A stretch of DNA of 63,966 nucleotides, the filler included, from Craspedostauros australis (taxonomy: Eukaryota), in NCBI GenBank assembly GCA_030167865.1. It is 6 parts of 6 records of this genome, joined end to end, with 100 filler letters (N's around TTAATTAATTAA, not from the genome) between each part and the next. Parts side by side here need not be neighbours in the genome. Positions count along the whole stretch, not along the records: positions 32,142 to 54,970 come from JALAGF010003468.1; 5 more parts are not named here. One strand, 5' to 3'. Below, piece by piece: positions 40,005 through 50,869 of this stretch (within the stretch, counting starts at the first letter, position 1; each line of letters starts with the position of its first letter). The position numbers were made by a program, and so were the translations under genes. The notes beneath the pieces are model-generated. The model made no database searches. It was not told the origin of the DNA and saw only the letters and a program-made list of their open reading frames with translations.

Positions 40005-42655
40005 CCTCCCAATCACCCAACCATCTCCCTTGTTCCATCCTACTCGTACAACAATACACTCACATGCACCAGAGTATCAATACTGTCTTCATGCGCTGTT
40101 CTAATTACTTGACGACCAGAGTACTCCAAGGCCATCCAGGATCGCATCAATCGTCGATGTGCCTTTCTTTTCCACACCGCAAGCAGAAGCATCATCAACT
40201 CGGACGAGCCGATCCTCTCTCTTGTCATCCCACGCCCGTTTCAAAGCCTCGCTGCCCTGCAACAGAACGTTGAAAGTCTCGCTCATGGGATCCATTGTAC
40301 CGATTAGACCCAATAGACCCATTTCCGCCATTTCAGCCATTCTACTCCGATGTTTGCTTGTTCTCATCAGCATCTCTCCAAACAGGGCCAGTGGCTGCGA
40401 CCATGTTGGAAGGGAACACAACACTGCTCTCACCTTGTTGCGATGATTTCGCCGCAAGATACGTTCAACAAGCGCATTGTACGAATGGGCATATTTGTCA
40501 GGCGGGCGTGGTCGAATGTGGAGATAGGTGAGTTGGGTAGTCTGCTCCAAGGCTTGCCGAAGTGCTTCCATTTGTGCCGAGAAGGTCTCGGGCGGAACCT
40601 CAAACATGCTGGGATCCGTTGAGTGATAGTATGTGAGAGATGGCAAGCTCTTGTTTCCCAGAAGCGATATCAATGCGTCGAACCTTGTCATCTGCGCTTG
40701 TCGCGATGATCCGTCCCAAAGATTGTAAACCCTGAGCTTCTTCAGGTGTGATGCATCTGAAAGGAGTTGGATGATCTGGTCGATTTCTTGTGAGCAGGTT
40801 CGTTGTCTGTTGTAGTTCCGATCGAACTTCATGTAGAGCTTGTTGATGCGCTTGTTTGACTGGAATAGCTTTGCCAAGCTTTCGCAAGTGACACGGGTGC
40901 GGAAAAAGGAGACTTCGGTGATACTGCAATTGTTTGGAGACAGCCATCTCCACAAATCAACGCCCTCATCGGCGAGCTTGCATTCACTGAACACAACGTA
41001 TTTCGAATTTTGGGAGATGTTGAACATGAGCTTGTCACAATCAACAAGATCACATGAATTCAAATCCACACGATGTGTCACAAGAGGGATATCGTGGAGC
41101 TGCTTCGTCTCCACGAAGTATTGAGTCAATTGGATGCTGTCGCCGAATGGAGATTTGAGTGGATGTTTGGCAGCCAATCGGAGAACGAAGCGAATGGCTT
41201 GCTTGTCTTCCTCTCCCAATTGGTCATCGCTGCCGAATTCCAGCTTCAGGGATCGAATATACATCCACCCGCAGCCCCAGGGAAGCGAACCCTTCAGTAG
41301 AACATGAGGTGACAAAGCAACGCGCTTGTGCCGCTTCATCGATTCCAAGTCATAAAAAGTGAATCCTGCTTCGATGGCCATGTCCCAATATTCCACCCGC
41401 TTGGGTGTGACACTGTAACAGTCGATCTGCTGTCTTGGATTTCTCTGCACATTGAACATGGCCTTCCGGACCAAGCATTTCTGATGGAGCTGTTTCCAGA
41501 AAGTCTTGAAGTCTGGATCATGATCGCTGTTGGTATTGGTGTTGGTGACAGCATCCATGTTGCGGTTCATCCTTTTCTTGTCGTTGCTGATTGTTACGGC
41601 TGCTGGTGATTGTTACTGATGATGATTGTTGCTGTTGCTGATTGCTGCTGTTGCTGATTGCTGCTGTTGGTGGTACAATCGTACGAGTAGAGTAGGTAAA
41701 GCAGGTAGAGTATGCAGTCCTAAATCAGTTGCGCTTGGATGGCGATTGTGAGTTCATCTGCTCACGTTTGCTGTCCTCCATTTCATGATCCTGTGCATTC
41801 ATCACGATGCAACGTGTCGTCAGCCAACACGCCTGCATGGACTTGCGCAGTTCCATCACTGCGTATGGTGTATGGTGTATGGGCTTGGGTGGTGTGGTGT
41901 AGTGTGGTATGGCCGTGGACAGCCACATCATGATCCGAAGCTGGCAAGCTCGCTCGCTCGCACGATACGACCTTCGATGATGCCCAACTTGGCCACGCTG
42001 TGCAGTTGTGCCTCTTCATGTGATACCATAGATCGTGTAAGATGAGTAGGCACATCCCTCTGTGATGGTCTTGGGAGAGTCCACCACGATACCACTCCGA
42101 TCGATACAGTTCTTCGGCTGTTGGATGTCATCGAACGAATGCGATGGGCAGATCCACGATGTGAGAAATCCACGATGTGGGGAATCCGCCACGATGACTT
42201 CTTTGGTGGATATCAGAGGCGTTTCTCGTGTTTTGTGGAGAGGATGATAACGATGATGCTGTCATGATACTGTCATGGGTGATGTGTCTCTTGAGCTGGC
42301 TGCTGTCTCTGTCTCTGCTCTTGGAGAGATCGTTCTTCTCCTTCATTGTGGGCTGCCTTGATTGGTTCTCTTGTCCACAACAATTCGGCAGATCCTTCTC
42401 TTCAACGGTGTGGATTGCAATTCTTCAAGTTCTCTGGTCAGCCAAGCGCAGGGGCAGGAGTGTTGCTCGTTGGTAGGGTCGATGATCGTGGGTGCAGATC
42501 GTATTATAGTCGTACGTGTGGTATACTCTCCATGCGCATTGCTTTGGCTTTGTCTGTGATGGTCATTGGGCTTCGTCTCCTCTTCCTCACCAACCACACG
42601 TTTCCCATCGTGGAAGATCGCGCGCTTGTGGTTCTTCGTTTGTTGGCAGAATTTC
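38925..42655. repeat. left arm of a ~3.7 kb diverged inverted duplication (partner 51305-54970)
   Basis: Collinear reverse-complement similarity across the monooxygenase remnant, (TCAA)n tract, LRR-like gene and its upstream region; ends approximate. Confidence 0.9.
40101..41570 (-). CDS. LRR/RNI-like protein of unknown function, paralog A (489 aa)
   Basis: Intact ORF conserved with paralog B; LxxLxL-like units (INKLYM, LKKLRV, LPSLTY, LTYLHI) and a C-terminal ILRRN motif. Confidence 0.7.
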   Translation of the reverse strand: MNRNMDAVTNTNTNSDHDPDFKTFWKQLHQKCLVRKAMFNVQRNPRQQIDCYSVTPKRVEYWDMAIEAGFTFYDLESMKRHKRVALSPHVLLKGSLPWGCGWMYIRSLKLEFGSDDQLGEEDKQAIRFVLRLAAKHPLKSPFGDSIQLTQYFVETKQLHDIPLVTHRVDLNSCDLVDCDKLMFNISQNSKYVVFSECKLADEGVDLWRWLSPNNCSITEVSFFRTRVTCESLAKLFQSNKRINKLYMKFDRNYNRQRTCSQEIDQIIQLLSDASHLKKLRVYNLWDGSSRQAQMTRFDALISLLGNKSLPSLTYYHSTDPSMFEVPPETFSAQMEALRQALEQTTQLTYLHIRPRPPDKYAHSYNALVERILRRNHRNKVRAVLCSLPTWSQPLALFGEMLMRTSKHRSRMAEMAEMGLLGLIGTMDPMSETFNVLLQGSEALKRAWDDKREDRLVRVDDASACGVEKKGTSTIDAILDGLGVLWSSSN

Positions 42656-42988
42656 TTGTGTGTTCGACCTTTTCAGTCGTATTCATGACTGAAGCTCACC
42701 CTGTTTGACTCACTCGACCAATCAAGAAGTTCTCAAAACATCGATCCGAATCCTCGAGGACGACACGAAACACGATCAGAAATCATTTCGACATCTCCGC
42801 ACACGATCATCGTAGTAGTGCGGGAACAAGCGCTTGAGGGAGGGAGACACACAAAGAGGTCGCCATCTCCGCCCTTGAAGAATAACAGATTGAAGGTGTC
42901 ATCAGGAACCGTCTGTATCCGCGATACCCAACACCATTGCGTCCACAGAAACCACGAGAGAAAACAAAGAAGAGGTAGAGAAGGAAAG

Positions 42989-44428
42989 ATGTTGCTGAGA
43001 GTGCGATCAAACGTTGGCGTGTGGCGCGTGGATGGTCTGGACGAGAAGACGTCGACCATGGAGACGGTGCTGCAGCAGATAGCGCAGACCAGACCTCACG
43101 TGGAGTACGAAGCCTCGGGGATGTGCGAGGATCCTGGCTGCAAGAAGTCTCTGGATACGACCAAGGCCCTCGCAGAGCTGGGGCTGCGCCATGGCAGCAT
43201 GGTGCACTGCCGCGTGGACCCGTCGTCTTGCGCCGAGAACAAGGTGGGCGACGACGATGCCGCAGCCGCAGGTTCCGCAGCCATGGACACAGCAGCCGTA
43301 GCGGAAGAAGCGCCAGGCAGCAGGGCCAACATGAAGCGCGTCATCGACAAGGACGGCTCCATCAAGCTGGTCGCGACGTCCGACCCACGCGCGCCCGCAG
43401 ACGACCGTGGATTCCGAAAAGGCAAGATGGCGCTGCGCGACATGAAGATGGCATGGACGCTCAACGAATTCATGGCTCTGGACGCGCAGTACAACTTCAA
43501 GATCAAGCGGCAGGAGGAGGCCGTCTGCTCCAAGGTCTCGCTGGACACGGCAGCCGTGGGGAACTTCCAGTCGTACGTGCAGCGTTTCGCATTCTCGCGC
43601 AACATGATGGGCTTTCTGTACGGCCGGTTCGAAGAAGACAAGGAGACGGGAAAGCAGAAGACCATCGTCGAGGCGATTTACGAACCGCCGCAGCAGGTCG
43701 ACAAGGAATCGGCGGAGGGATTCATGCTGCTGGAGGACCCGTTGGAGGAGGCGGTCGACAAGATCGCGCACATGTGCGGCATGCGGAAGGTCGGCTGGAT
43801 CCTGGGGCATGAGCCGCGGCACGATCAGGAAGGCCTCGTGCTGACATCGGCGGAGATCCTCATGGCGGCAGAATTTCAACTGGAAGCCGCTGAGGGTGTG
43901 GAGGAGACGCCGTTCTGCACCGTCCGAGTCACGAGAGGGGCAGACGGCAATGTCGCGGCCGACGCCTTCCAAGTCAGCCAGCAATGCATGGCGATGGTCG
44001 CGGAGGAGGCACTGGAGGTGGACGGCTCGGATCTCAAGGCGTGCAAGGTCAACGACACATTCACCGCCATCCAGGAAGGCAAGGAATCCAAGACCGTCGA
44101 CAACAACTTCTTCCTCTGCGTCGTGCCCATCAACCAGCACACGTCAGAAACATTCGTCACGCAATTCCCAAAGATGCACAGAGAGCTCGATGACCGAACA
44201 CCGTCCCACGATGAGCTCAAGCGCCAGCTGTCCAAGAGCGGCTCGTCGGGATGGAACTTCATCGATCTCCTGTCCGACTTCAACCTGCTCATCTACCTCA
44301 GCAAGTTCCTCGATGTGGATGCGGACATGCCCAAGATCACCCAATCGGTCGTCGATCGCGATGTACCGTTGGATGATGGATACAAGATCATCATTGCCAG
44401 CATGGCAGGGATCGATAATGCGTACTAG
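42989..44428 (+). CDS. NPL4: nuclear protein localization 4 homolog (Cdc48/p97 cofactor)
   Basis: N-terminal ubiquitin-like MLLRVRS..GVWRV; MPN-like MGFLYGRF, VEAIYEPPQ, KVGWI, AFQVSQQC, DFNLLIYL; ATG 42989 preferred over the upstream GTG. Confidence 0.9.
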   Translation: MLLRVRSNVGVWRVDGLDEKTSTMETVLQQIAQTRPHVEYEASGMCEDPGCKKSLDTTKALAELGLRHGSMVHCRVDPSSCAENKVGDDDAAAAGSAAMDTAAVAEEAPGSRANMKRVIDKDGSIKLVATSDPRAPADDRGFRKGKMALRDMKMAWTLNEFMALDAQYNFKIKRQEEAVCSKVSLDTAAVGNFQSYVQRFAFSRNMMGFLYGRFEEDKETGKQKTIVEAIYEPPQQVDKESAEGFMLLEDPLEEAVDKIAHMCGMRKVGWILGHEPRHDQEGLVLTSAEILMAAEFQLEAAEGVEETPFCTVRVTRGADGNVAADAFQVSQQCMAMVAEEALEVDGSDLKACKVNDTFTAIQEGKESKTVDNNFFLCVVPINQHTSETFVTQFPKMHRELDDRTPSHDELKRQLSKSGSSGWNFIDLLSDFNLLIYLSKFLDVDADMPKITQSVVDRDVPLDDGYKIIIASMAGIDNAY

Positions 44429-44823
44429 CGAGTTGAGTACAACAGAATTGAGCATTCGAAAGAGCACCATTACACGAGCATCACTTCGATCGTACTCGTC
44501 AAGTACGATACTCTTCCACACGACGAGTCCTACATGGATACTCACTCACACGCCATCAGTCATAAGGCAGCTTCCCTTTCCTTCCGGTTCAGCACAAAAA
44601 CATGCAGCGTGCCACACTCGCATTCGCAGTACAACCGTGTCTTGTCTGTGTTGAACATGAACACATAAAATCTATTCCGTACTCTACTCTACCCGTACTC
44701 TCGTATGCATGACGGTGATGTAATCATTCTGAGTCGTACGCAAGCGCGCCAATCGTTTCTTTCTGCGTGTACGAGGATGCATAGCAGATAACTCCGCGCA
44801 CATACTCGTATGACACAGGCTAT

Positions 44824-47445
44824 TTACACTCCGGGAACACCGGAGGAGGTCGCCGATCGCTTGTGCCTGCCTCCTCTGCGCGACGAATCGCCGAGCGCGC
44901 CATAGACGCCAGCGTTGCTGAAGGATTGCAGGATGGCCGATTGGTTGCTCATGGTGCGGTGCCTTGTCCTCGGCGCGTTCTTCGCCACCCAGTCCAGCAA
45001 TTCCGCACGTTCCCTGCGCAGCTCATCATCCGACATGGTTGGGTCGAATCCGAGGGCCTGAACACGTCGCGTCCGCATGTAGGGACCGTGCAGGCGGAAG
45101 TTCGCCGTACCACGCCGGACCCTCACCAGCGCACCTGCCTCGTTGGCTTGCAGAACGGCAGGGTTGACGAAGGGCTGGTCCAGCAAGAACTCGTGGGTGT
45201 CGGTGCCATCCAGCATCTCGTGCACGAAGGTCTCCTCGGGCCTTGGCGGCTCCTCTTCGCCCGCACCTTCCACCTTCGTCCATTCCAGCAAACGCCGGAT
45301 GTACTTGAAGGAGAAGACGAGGTTGAACAGGGTGCCACCGACCAGCAGGGTGAACCAGTACCAGTAGAGTGCTGTCTTGAATGACCCGCCGTCGGGGAAG
45401 TTGGAAAAGGCGTTCACGGCACCTCTATACGCCTGGACGGCGTTGGTGTGTGAGAGGACCGGGAAGCAGAAGGCGATGTGCGCCGGTCCGAATGGCTTGA
45501 GGCGGAACTTCTCCCATCGCACCAGCAAGGAATGCACGCCCGCCACGAATGCCAACAACGCCAGCACCATCATGGTGTGCGACGCGTGCATGTAGTACTT
45601 CGACATCCACCGATGGTACGAGGTCCGTAGTTCTTCGTCGTCCTCCATCATCATCTCCTTCGAACGCGTCGGCTGCGCGATCAGTGTCATGCAGTAGAGG
45701 GTGATGCTCGGTGCGCTCAGTGTGATCCATGCCACAGGAGCGGCAATCTTCCTGTTGACAGCGACCCGCACGGTGCTGACGAAGAAGATGGTCACGAAGT
45801 ACACCACGGTGATGCCCAGCAAAATCAACCCCGGAGTTGGATAGTACAACCACGTCTTGATGGCGGCGTAACCGAGGCCGACCGTGTTTGGGAACCATCC
45901 CGGATCTGGCCAGAGCCTGTATTGGAAGATTGCCATGTACAGGAAACGTACGGACAGGATCAGGTGAATGGTCGACGTGATCAGAACGACCGCTTCGCCG
46001 ATGTCTCCCCTGCCCGCGAACGCGCAGATGGTGGCGACGCAGACCACTCCGACCGGCGTGGACGTTGTTGGGTTGCTGAGTTCGTCGGCCACCACCCTCC
46101 ATGCCAGGACCACCTTAAGCATGAAGGCGACGCAGCACATGCCGGCAAAGTAGGAACAGAATGTGTGGAAGGTGTACGCGATGCGGTACAGGTCCTGCGT
46201 CGTGTCGCATTCGAAGCATCCTGGGAATTCGGGGAAGGTGCACCGATCCGAGTTGAAATGCGTCGGCGCGCAGAAGTCGGTCATCTCCTCCATATATTTG
46301 AACCAAACCGATCCCATCGTAACCCAGGACAACCCCATCGCACCGACCGTGAGAGGCAGGTTGGCGATGAAGCATTCCAACCAGGCGAGGGCGGAGACGA
46401 TGCCTTCGAACGTTGGCTGCAGAACGGCTTCGTACAACGATTGCCCCCACGCGGAAATCGGCGACGATGCCTCGTGCTCCATGGCAATGTGCTCTGCCTC
46501 CAGCTCGGCCTTCCATTTCGCCATCAAGGTCTCGCGTTCCCGTTCCAGCTCGTCCATGTATTCGCGGATGAAATCGTTCTTCTCCTTTTCGGATGGAGGG
46601 ATGCTGCGGTCCAGCACGTTGCAGAGCTTGGAGCGGATGCCTTCCTTCGTCTCTTCGAATTCTTTCTTTTGCTGGTCTTCGTATTCTTCAAATCGTTGCA
46701 ACCGCTGCTTGTGAAGGACCGACGAGCTGGCGCTGTCCATGGACAGCAGCGACAATTCGGACATGTCATCCGACGACGATCGGAAATGGGCCAACGATGG
46801 CAGATTCGTCCGCACGACGCTGCCAGGTGTGGCAGGAGACTTCAGCGGATCGACCTGCACGTACTTGTTCTCATCGATCGACTCCAGCCTCTTGCGTGAC
46901 ATCATGTTCGGTGATGCCCACGCCACCTTGTTGGGATGCGAGAATGTGGATGGATGCGGCATGGGATTGCCGTGCTGATCGACCGGTCCCGTGGCCGCAA
47001 CTGACGGAGAGGCTGCTTTGGGCGGCGACGGCACCTTGGGACTCTGATGCATCAAGAATTGCTGGTTGCGCTCGTGAAAGTCCTTGCGCGCGTCATCGAG
47101 GCTGCGTTGTCTGTTCTGCCTTTGAACCGCCGGCGGCTTCCCCATGGGGCTGTTGGTCGTGGTTGCAGTCGCCGCAGAACCACGGAAGAGGCCACCGACA
47201 GGAAAGTCACCACCTGACCAGGAAGCCCTCTTCTGTCGGTTGTCCGTCTTGAACAAGACCTTGGACGGTGTTCCATCCACGTCGCTGGTGTCATTTCGAT
47301 TGTCTTGCATCGGCGCTGGCGTTGGCGTGGTCGTAGTCGTTGTTGTAATCGCATTTGATGTTGTGGCTGACGTCGTCATTGGTATCGTCTTTGGTGACGA
47401 TGGCGCTACCGTCGAAGTTGTTGGGTTGTCTAGATCCGAATCCAT
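44824..47445 (-). CDS. SLAC1/TDT-family anion or dicarboxylate transporter with long N-terminal extension
   Basis: About 10 hydrophobic helices, PGWFPNTVG, AWITLSAPSITL, FGPAHIAFCFP; Ser/Pro-rich and coiled-coil N-terminus. Confidence 0.8.
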   Translation of the reverse strand: MDSDLDNPTTSTVAPSSPKTIPMTTSATTSNAITTTTTTTPTPAPMQDNRNDTSDVDGTPSKVLFKTDNRQKRASWSGGDFPVGGLFRGSAATATTTNSPMGKPPAVQRQNRQRSLDDARKDFHERNQQFLMHQSPKVPSPPKAASPSVAATGPVDQHGNPMPHPSTFSHPNKVAWASPNMMSRKRLESIDENKYVQVDPLKSPATPGSVVRTNLPSLAHFRSSSDDMSELSLLSMDSASSSVLHKQRLQRFEEYEDQQKKEFEETKEGIRSKLCNVLDRSIPPSEKEKNDFIREYMDELERERETLMAKWKAELEAEHIAMEHEASSPISAWGQSLYEAVLQPTFEGIVSALAWLECFIANLPLTVGAMGLSWVTMGSVWFKYMEEMTDFCAPTHFNSDRCTFPEFPGCFECDTTQDLYRIAYTFHTFCSYFAGMCCVAFMLKVVLAWRVVADELSNPTTSTPVGVVCVATICAFAGRGDIGEAVVLITSTIHLILSVRFLYMAIFQYRLWPDPGWFPNTVGLGYAAIKTWLYYPTPGLILLGITVVYFVTIFFVSTVRVAVNRKIAAPVAWITLSAPSITLYCMTLIAQPTRSKEMMMEDDEELRTSYHRWMSKYYMHASHTMMVLALLAFVAGVHSLLVRWEKFRLKPFGPAHIAFCFPVLSHTNAVQAYRGAVNAFSNFPDGGSFKTALYWYWFTLLVGGTLFNLVFSFKYIRRLLEWTKVEGAGEEEPPRPEETFVHEMLDGTDTHEFLLDQPFVNPAVLQANEAGALVRVRRGTANFRLHGPYMRTRRVQALGFDPTMSDDELRRERAELLDWVAKNAPRTRHRTMSNQSAILQSFSNAGVYGALGDSSRRGGRHKRSATSSGVPGV

Positions 47446-48418
47446 CGTGTTGATTCTCCTCTGCTTGCGAAGCTACTCTTGGTTCTATTGGGTTGAGATA
47501 GGCGGATCACAGTGGCCAGAGTGCTGATGATGCTCGAGGCAGTGATGATTTTATGACCGTTCAGTCCACCAAGCAGTCGTTCACGTTGACGCTGACGTTC
47601 ACCTCTTGATGTCTGCGTCGAGCACGTATGGTATGGCGTACCCCAGTTGGTTCCTACTCGTACTGTGGTGCGCGAATGCAGATGCACAGGTATCCAGTGA
47701 TGCAAGCCCTCCGTCACATGCGTTCTTGCGATTCTCCTTCAACTCCTTCCTCTTGTACTCGTTTGCATGCACCGCACGCAGAGCTCGCACCGTAGAGGAC
47801 CCAACCCTTGAAACAACTGCCGGAGCATTCCTTGTGGACGTAACGATCACCTCGCTGCGCATTTATGACGGAGGAGGAAGCAACCCCAGGCACTCCTCCA
47901 CACGGCAGCGCTCTCTTGATCAAATCCGACTCCACACATACTCGTTCTCATGCGAGCCGCTGCTGACGCTTGTCACATCGAGACACCATCCGAGATGTGC
48001 GATCTGCACTTTCACCTCCGGCCGCGCAGAAGGCACCGGCAACAATCATAGATTCAAACGCGGAACGCGACAAAAATCGCGGCGATCTTCGGGAGTTTGA
48101 CGCGTTTTGGGATTGTGGGAAAGACACCTTGGAAATATGGTACCATGACATGGTATCTCGTGAATGTTGCCAAGAAAAGGCCGTACTAAAATTATATACT
48201 GTATTTATGGTATATTTACTACAACAAGATCGAAACACTTCGATGATCGACACGAAAACGCGGAAACAATGACAACACACACTGTGTGGAGGATTGCCAT
48301 GACACAAACCACAAAACAGAGATCATCAAGACCTCCCACAACATTGGGGACATCCACGTCGTCAGGGGTATCACCACCAACAGTCACGCAGACCGAATCG
48401 CACGCTACCTGCGCGACA

Positions 48419-50869
48419 ATGCAGGAAGCATCAAGCGCAGAAAAGCCGGAGAAGGAGAAGGAAGCTCCGAAAGATGAGGAAGGTCTTCTGCTGGAGTACG
48501 ATGTCATCATCTGCGGGACTGGCCTCGTGCAATCCATCCTGGCATCGGCCTTGGCGAGGGCAGGCAAGACTGTGCTGCATTGCGATGCTGCCGATCACTA
48601 CGGTGAATTGGACGCCGTGTGGACGTATCCCTATCTGCACGATTACAACGGCCTTCAAACGAAGACAGTGACGCAGCCATCCACAAGCGTCGGAGATGGT
48701 GATGTTGGTGTCCAAGCGAATCGCGATGCGGCCCAGTTCTCCACAATCGAGCTGGCAATGGATGGAACGAGACAGTCGCTCCAGTTGCATTCGTCAGCCA
48801 CCACAACAACGTTCCCGTTCGTCAAGAATTCAAAGGTCGTGACGCATTATGGGGCTGGAACGGTGGAGAGAGTGGAGAGTGCACCGAGTGATGCTGTGCA
48901 AAAGTTGAGCATCTCCTTGGATGATTGGAGGCTTGAAAATGGATCATCCCCAACACTCCAGGCTTGCGTTGCCGGTGATCCGGATTCGGCCGCTGCAAAT
49001 GGCAGCATAGCGTCCAAACAATCGTTGGAAGCGCGCAAACTCCTCAGCAATCCGCTCATGAGATATTTCGCGCTGGACGCATCGCCCGTGCTCGTCTTCT
49101 CTGCGGGCCGTGCTGTGCAGGGCATGCTGGCAAGCGGCGTTGCGGAGTACTTGGAGTTCAAAGCCTTGCAGGGGCTCTACTGGCTGGATCAGAAGGATGG
49201 TGGCAAGAAGACAGCCAGCAAGCCAGCTGCGTCATCCTCAGAGTACCAAATGTGGCGAGTGCCCTGTTCGAAGAGCGACATCTTCAAGACCAAGCTCTTG
49301 GCGCCGCTTGACAAGCGTCGGTTGATGAAGTTCATCCAGCTCACGATGGATTACGCTACGAGTCAGTCTGTGCAGGAGGAAGTGGCAGCGGCCAAGTCAA
49401 ACGATGATAAAACAGGCACAGCGGATGGATTGCCAGAAGGGGCCAACGGCAGCACTGCCACCGAGGTCGACGAATCGACGGCCCAGCAGGTGCAAAGCCT
49501 CAACGAGCGCCACTTGAATCAAGGCAGATCGTTGGCGCGGCCACAGAACAAGGCGGTTGCCACGGATGAGCTGGAGAAGCTGCAGGGGATGATTGCAGAT
49601 GGGAAGTTGGATTTGGAGACGTACTTGACGCAGCAGAAGCTCTCACCTCGGTTGCGCGGTCTTGTGCGACATGCATTGGCACTGGAAACCACGACGCAGA
49701 GCAAGAGCCTGTTGAACGGGATGAATCAGCTCCGCCATCACATACAGTCGTTGGGGAGGTACGGAACCACGGCATTCCTCGTTCCCATGTATGGCAGCGG
49801 CGAGCTCTCGCAGGCGTTCTGTCGTTCTGCGGCGGTGTTTGGTGCCACGTACTTGTTGCGACGTGCACCGCTCAGGGTCTTGCTTCATAATCAAGCCGAC
49901 GAGGATGGTGCAAAACCAAGTGCCGTGACGAAGAAACGCGTCCATTCTGTTCGCATCAAGAATGACACGTTCGACTTTGACTCGGGCAAACATGTTAGCG
50001 CTGGCGATCCACAGTCTCCAGAACGTGAGCAATCGAAAGATGTTCGCTGCTCGCATGTCATCATCGATCGAGGTTCACTGCAAAGCAACGCATCATCTAC
50101 GAGTGTGCATGGCACTGCAGCTGCATCACAGCGCACATTGCGCCGCATATCCATAGTCAACGGGAAATTGTTGGACGATGACGGCGACGATAGCAAAGAA
50201 CAGCGACACCTGCTGATCATTCCACCAGGCGTGCTGGGAAATCCGTACGCCGTGCACTGCATGCTGATGGATCATTCCGTTCAGGTGGCTCCCGTCGGCT
50301 GCACCGTGATGCACCTTACGACCACCATCGACGTTGCGGCAACTGACGATGCCAGCACTGCAGATGGAGCAGGGAGCGAGGACTCCATGGACAGGATGCT
50401 CGAGAAGGTCACGAAGGTTATTTTGGAGACAAGCAGCAACGCTAGCGGTGAACCGATTGACGAGATCTACCACACGTCATTTAGCTTTGAATCGCCATCA
50501 TCATCCAGCATGGCATCCACTAGGAGAGATGCCAATGATGCAGGCAATGATGCAGGAGAGGAGGAGAACGAAGCCTCAGGTGTTCACTACTGTTCTCGCG
50601 CCACGCAAGCCATCACGGCCGGTGTAGCGTTCGAACAAGCCGAGAAGATCTTCCGAACCATCTGCCCTGGCTTGGAATTTCTAGGTCTTTCGGAGAAGAT
50701 GGACACCATCGTCAAGGAGCGGGTGGGAGATCGGTCGGTGGACGATGATGATGAACGCAACATGCTGGATAGCGCTGTAAGCATGATCGATGAGGCCAAC
50801 AGCAGCAGCAAAACTGAGACTGCGCCCTCGCCAGGCGAGAGCGGTGCTGGTGCAAGCATTGCGGTATGA
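48419..50869 (+). CDS. Rab escort protein (REP, GDI superfamily)
   Basis: YDVIICGTGLVQSILASALARAGKTVLHCD..HYG, YLEFK, VPCSKSDIF, SLGRYG, PMYGSGELSQAFCR..AVFG; long inserts favour REP over GDI; start uncertain. Confidence 0.9.
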   Translation: MQEASSAEKPEKEKEAPKDEEGLLLEYDVIICGTGLVQSILASALARAGKTVLHCDAADHYGELDAVWTYPYLHDYNGLQTKTVTQPSTSVGDGDVGVQANRDAAQFSTIELAMDGTRQSLQLHSSATTTTFPFVKNSKVVTHYGAGTVERVESAPSDAVQKLSISLDDWRLENGSSPTLQACVAGDPDSAAANGSIASKQSLEARKLLSNPLMRYFALDASPVLVFSAGRAVQGMLASGVAEYLEFKALQGLYWLDQKDGGKKTASKPAASSSEYQMWRVPCSKSDIFKTKLLAPLDKRRLMKFIQLTMDYATSQSVQEEVAAAKSNDDKTGTADGLPEGANGSTATEVDESTAQQVQSLNERHLNQGRSLARPQNKAVATDELEKLQGMIADGKLDLETYLTQQKLSPRLRGLVRHALALETTTQSKSLLNGMNQLRHHIQSLGRYGTTAFLVPMYGSGELSQAFCRSAAVFGATYLLRRAPLRVLLHNQADEDGAKPSAVTKKRVHSVRIKNDTFDFDSGKHVSAGDPQSPEREQSKDVRCSHVIIDRGSLQSNASSTSVHGTAAASQRTLRRISIVNGKLLDDDGDDSKEQRHLLIIPPGVLGNPYAVHCMLMDHSVQVAPVGCTVMHLTTTIDVAATDDASTADGAGSEDSMDRMLEKVTKVILETSSNASGEPIDEIYHTSFSFESPSSSSMASTRRDANDAGNDAGEEENEASGVHYCSRATQAITAGVAFEQAEKIFRTICPGLEFLGLSEKMDTIVKERVGDRSVDDDDERNMLDSAVSMIDEANSSSKTETAPSPGESGAGASIAV

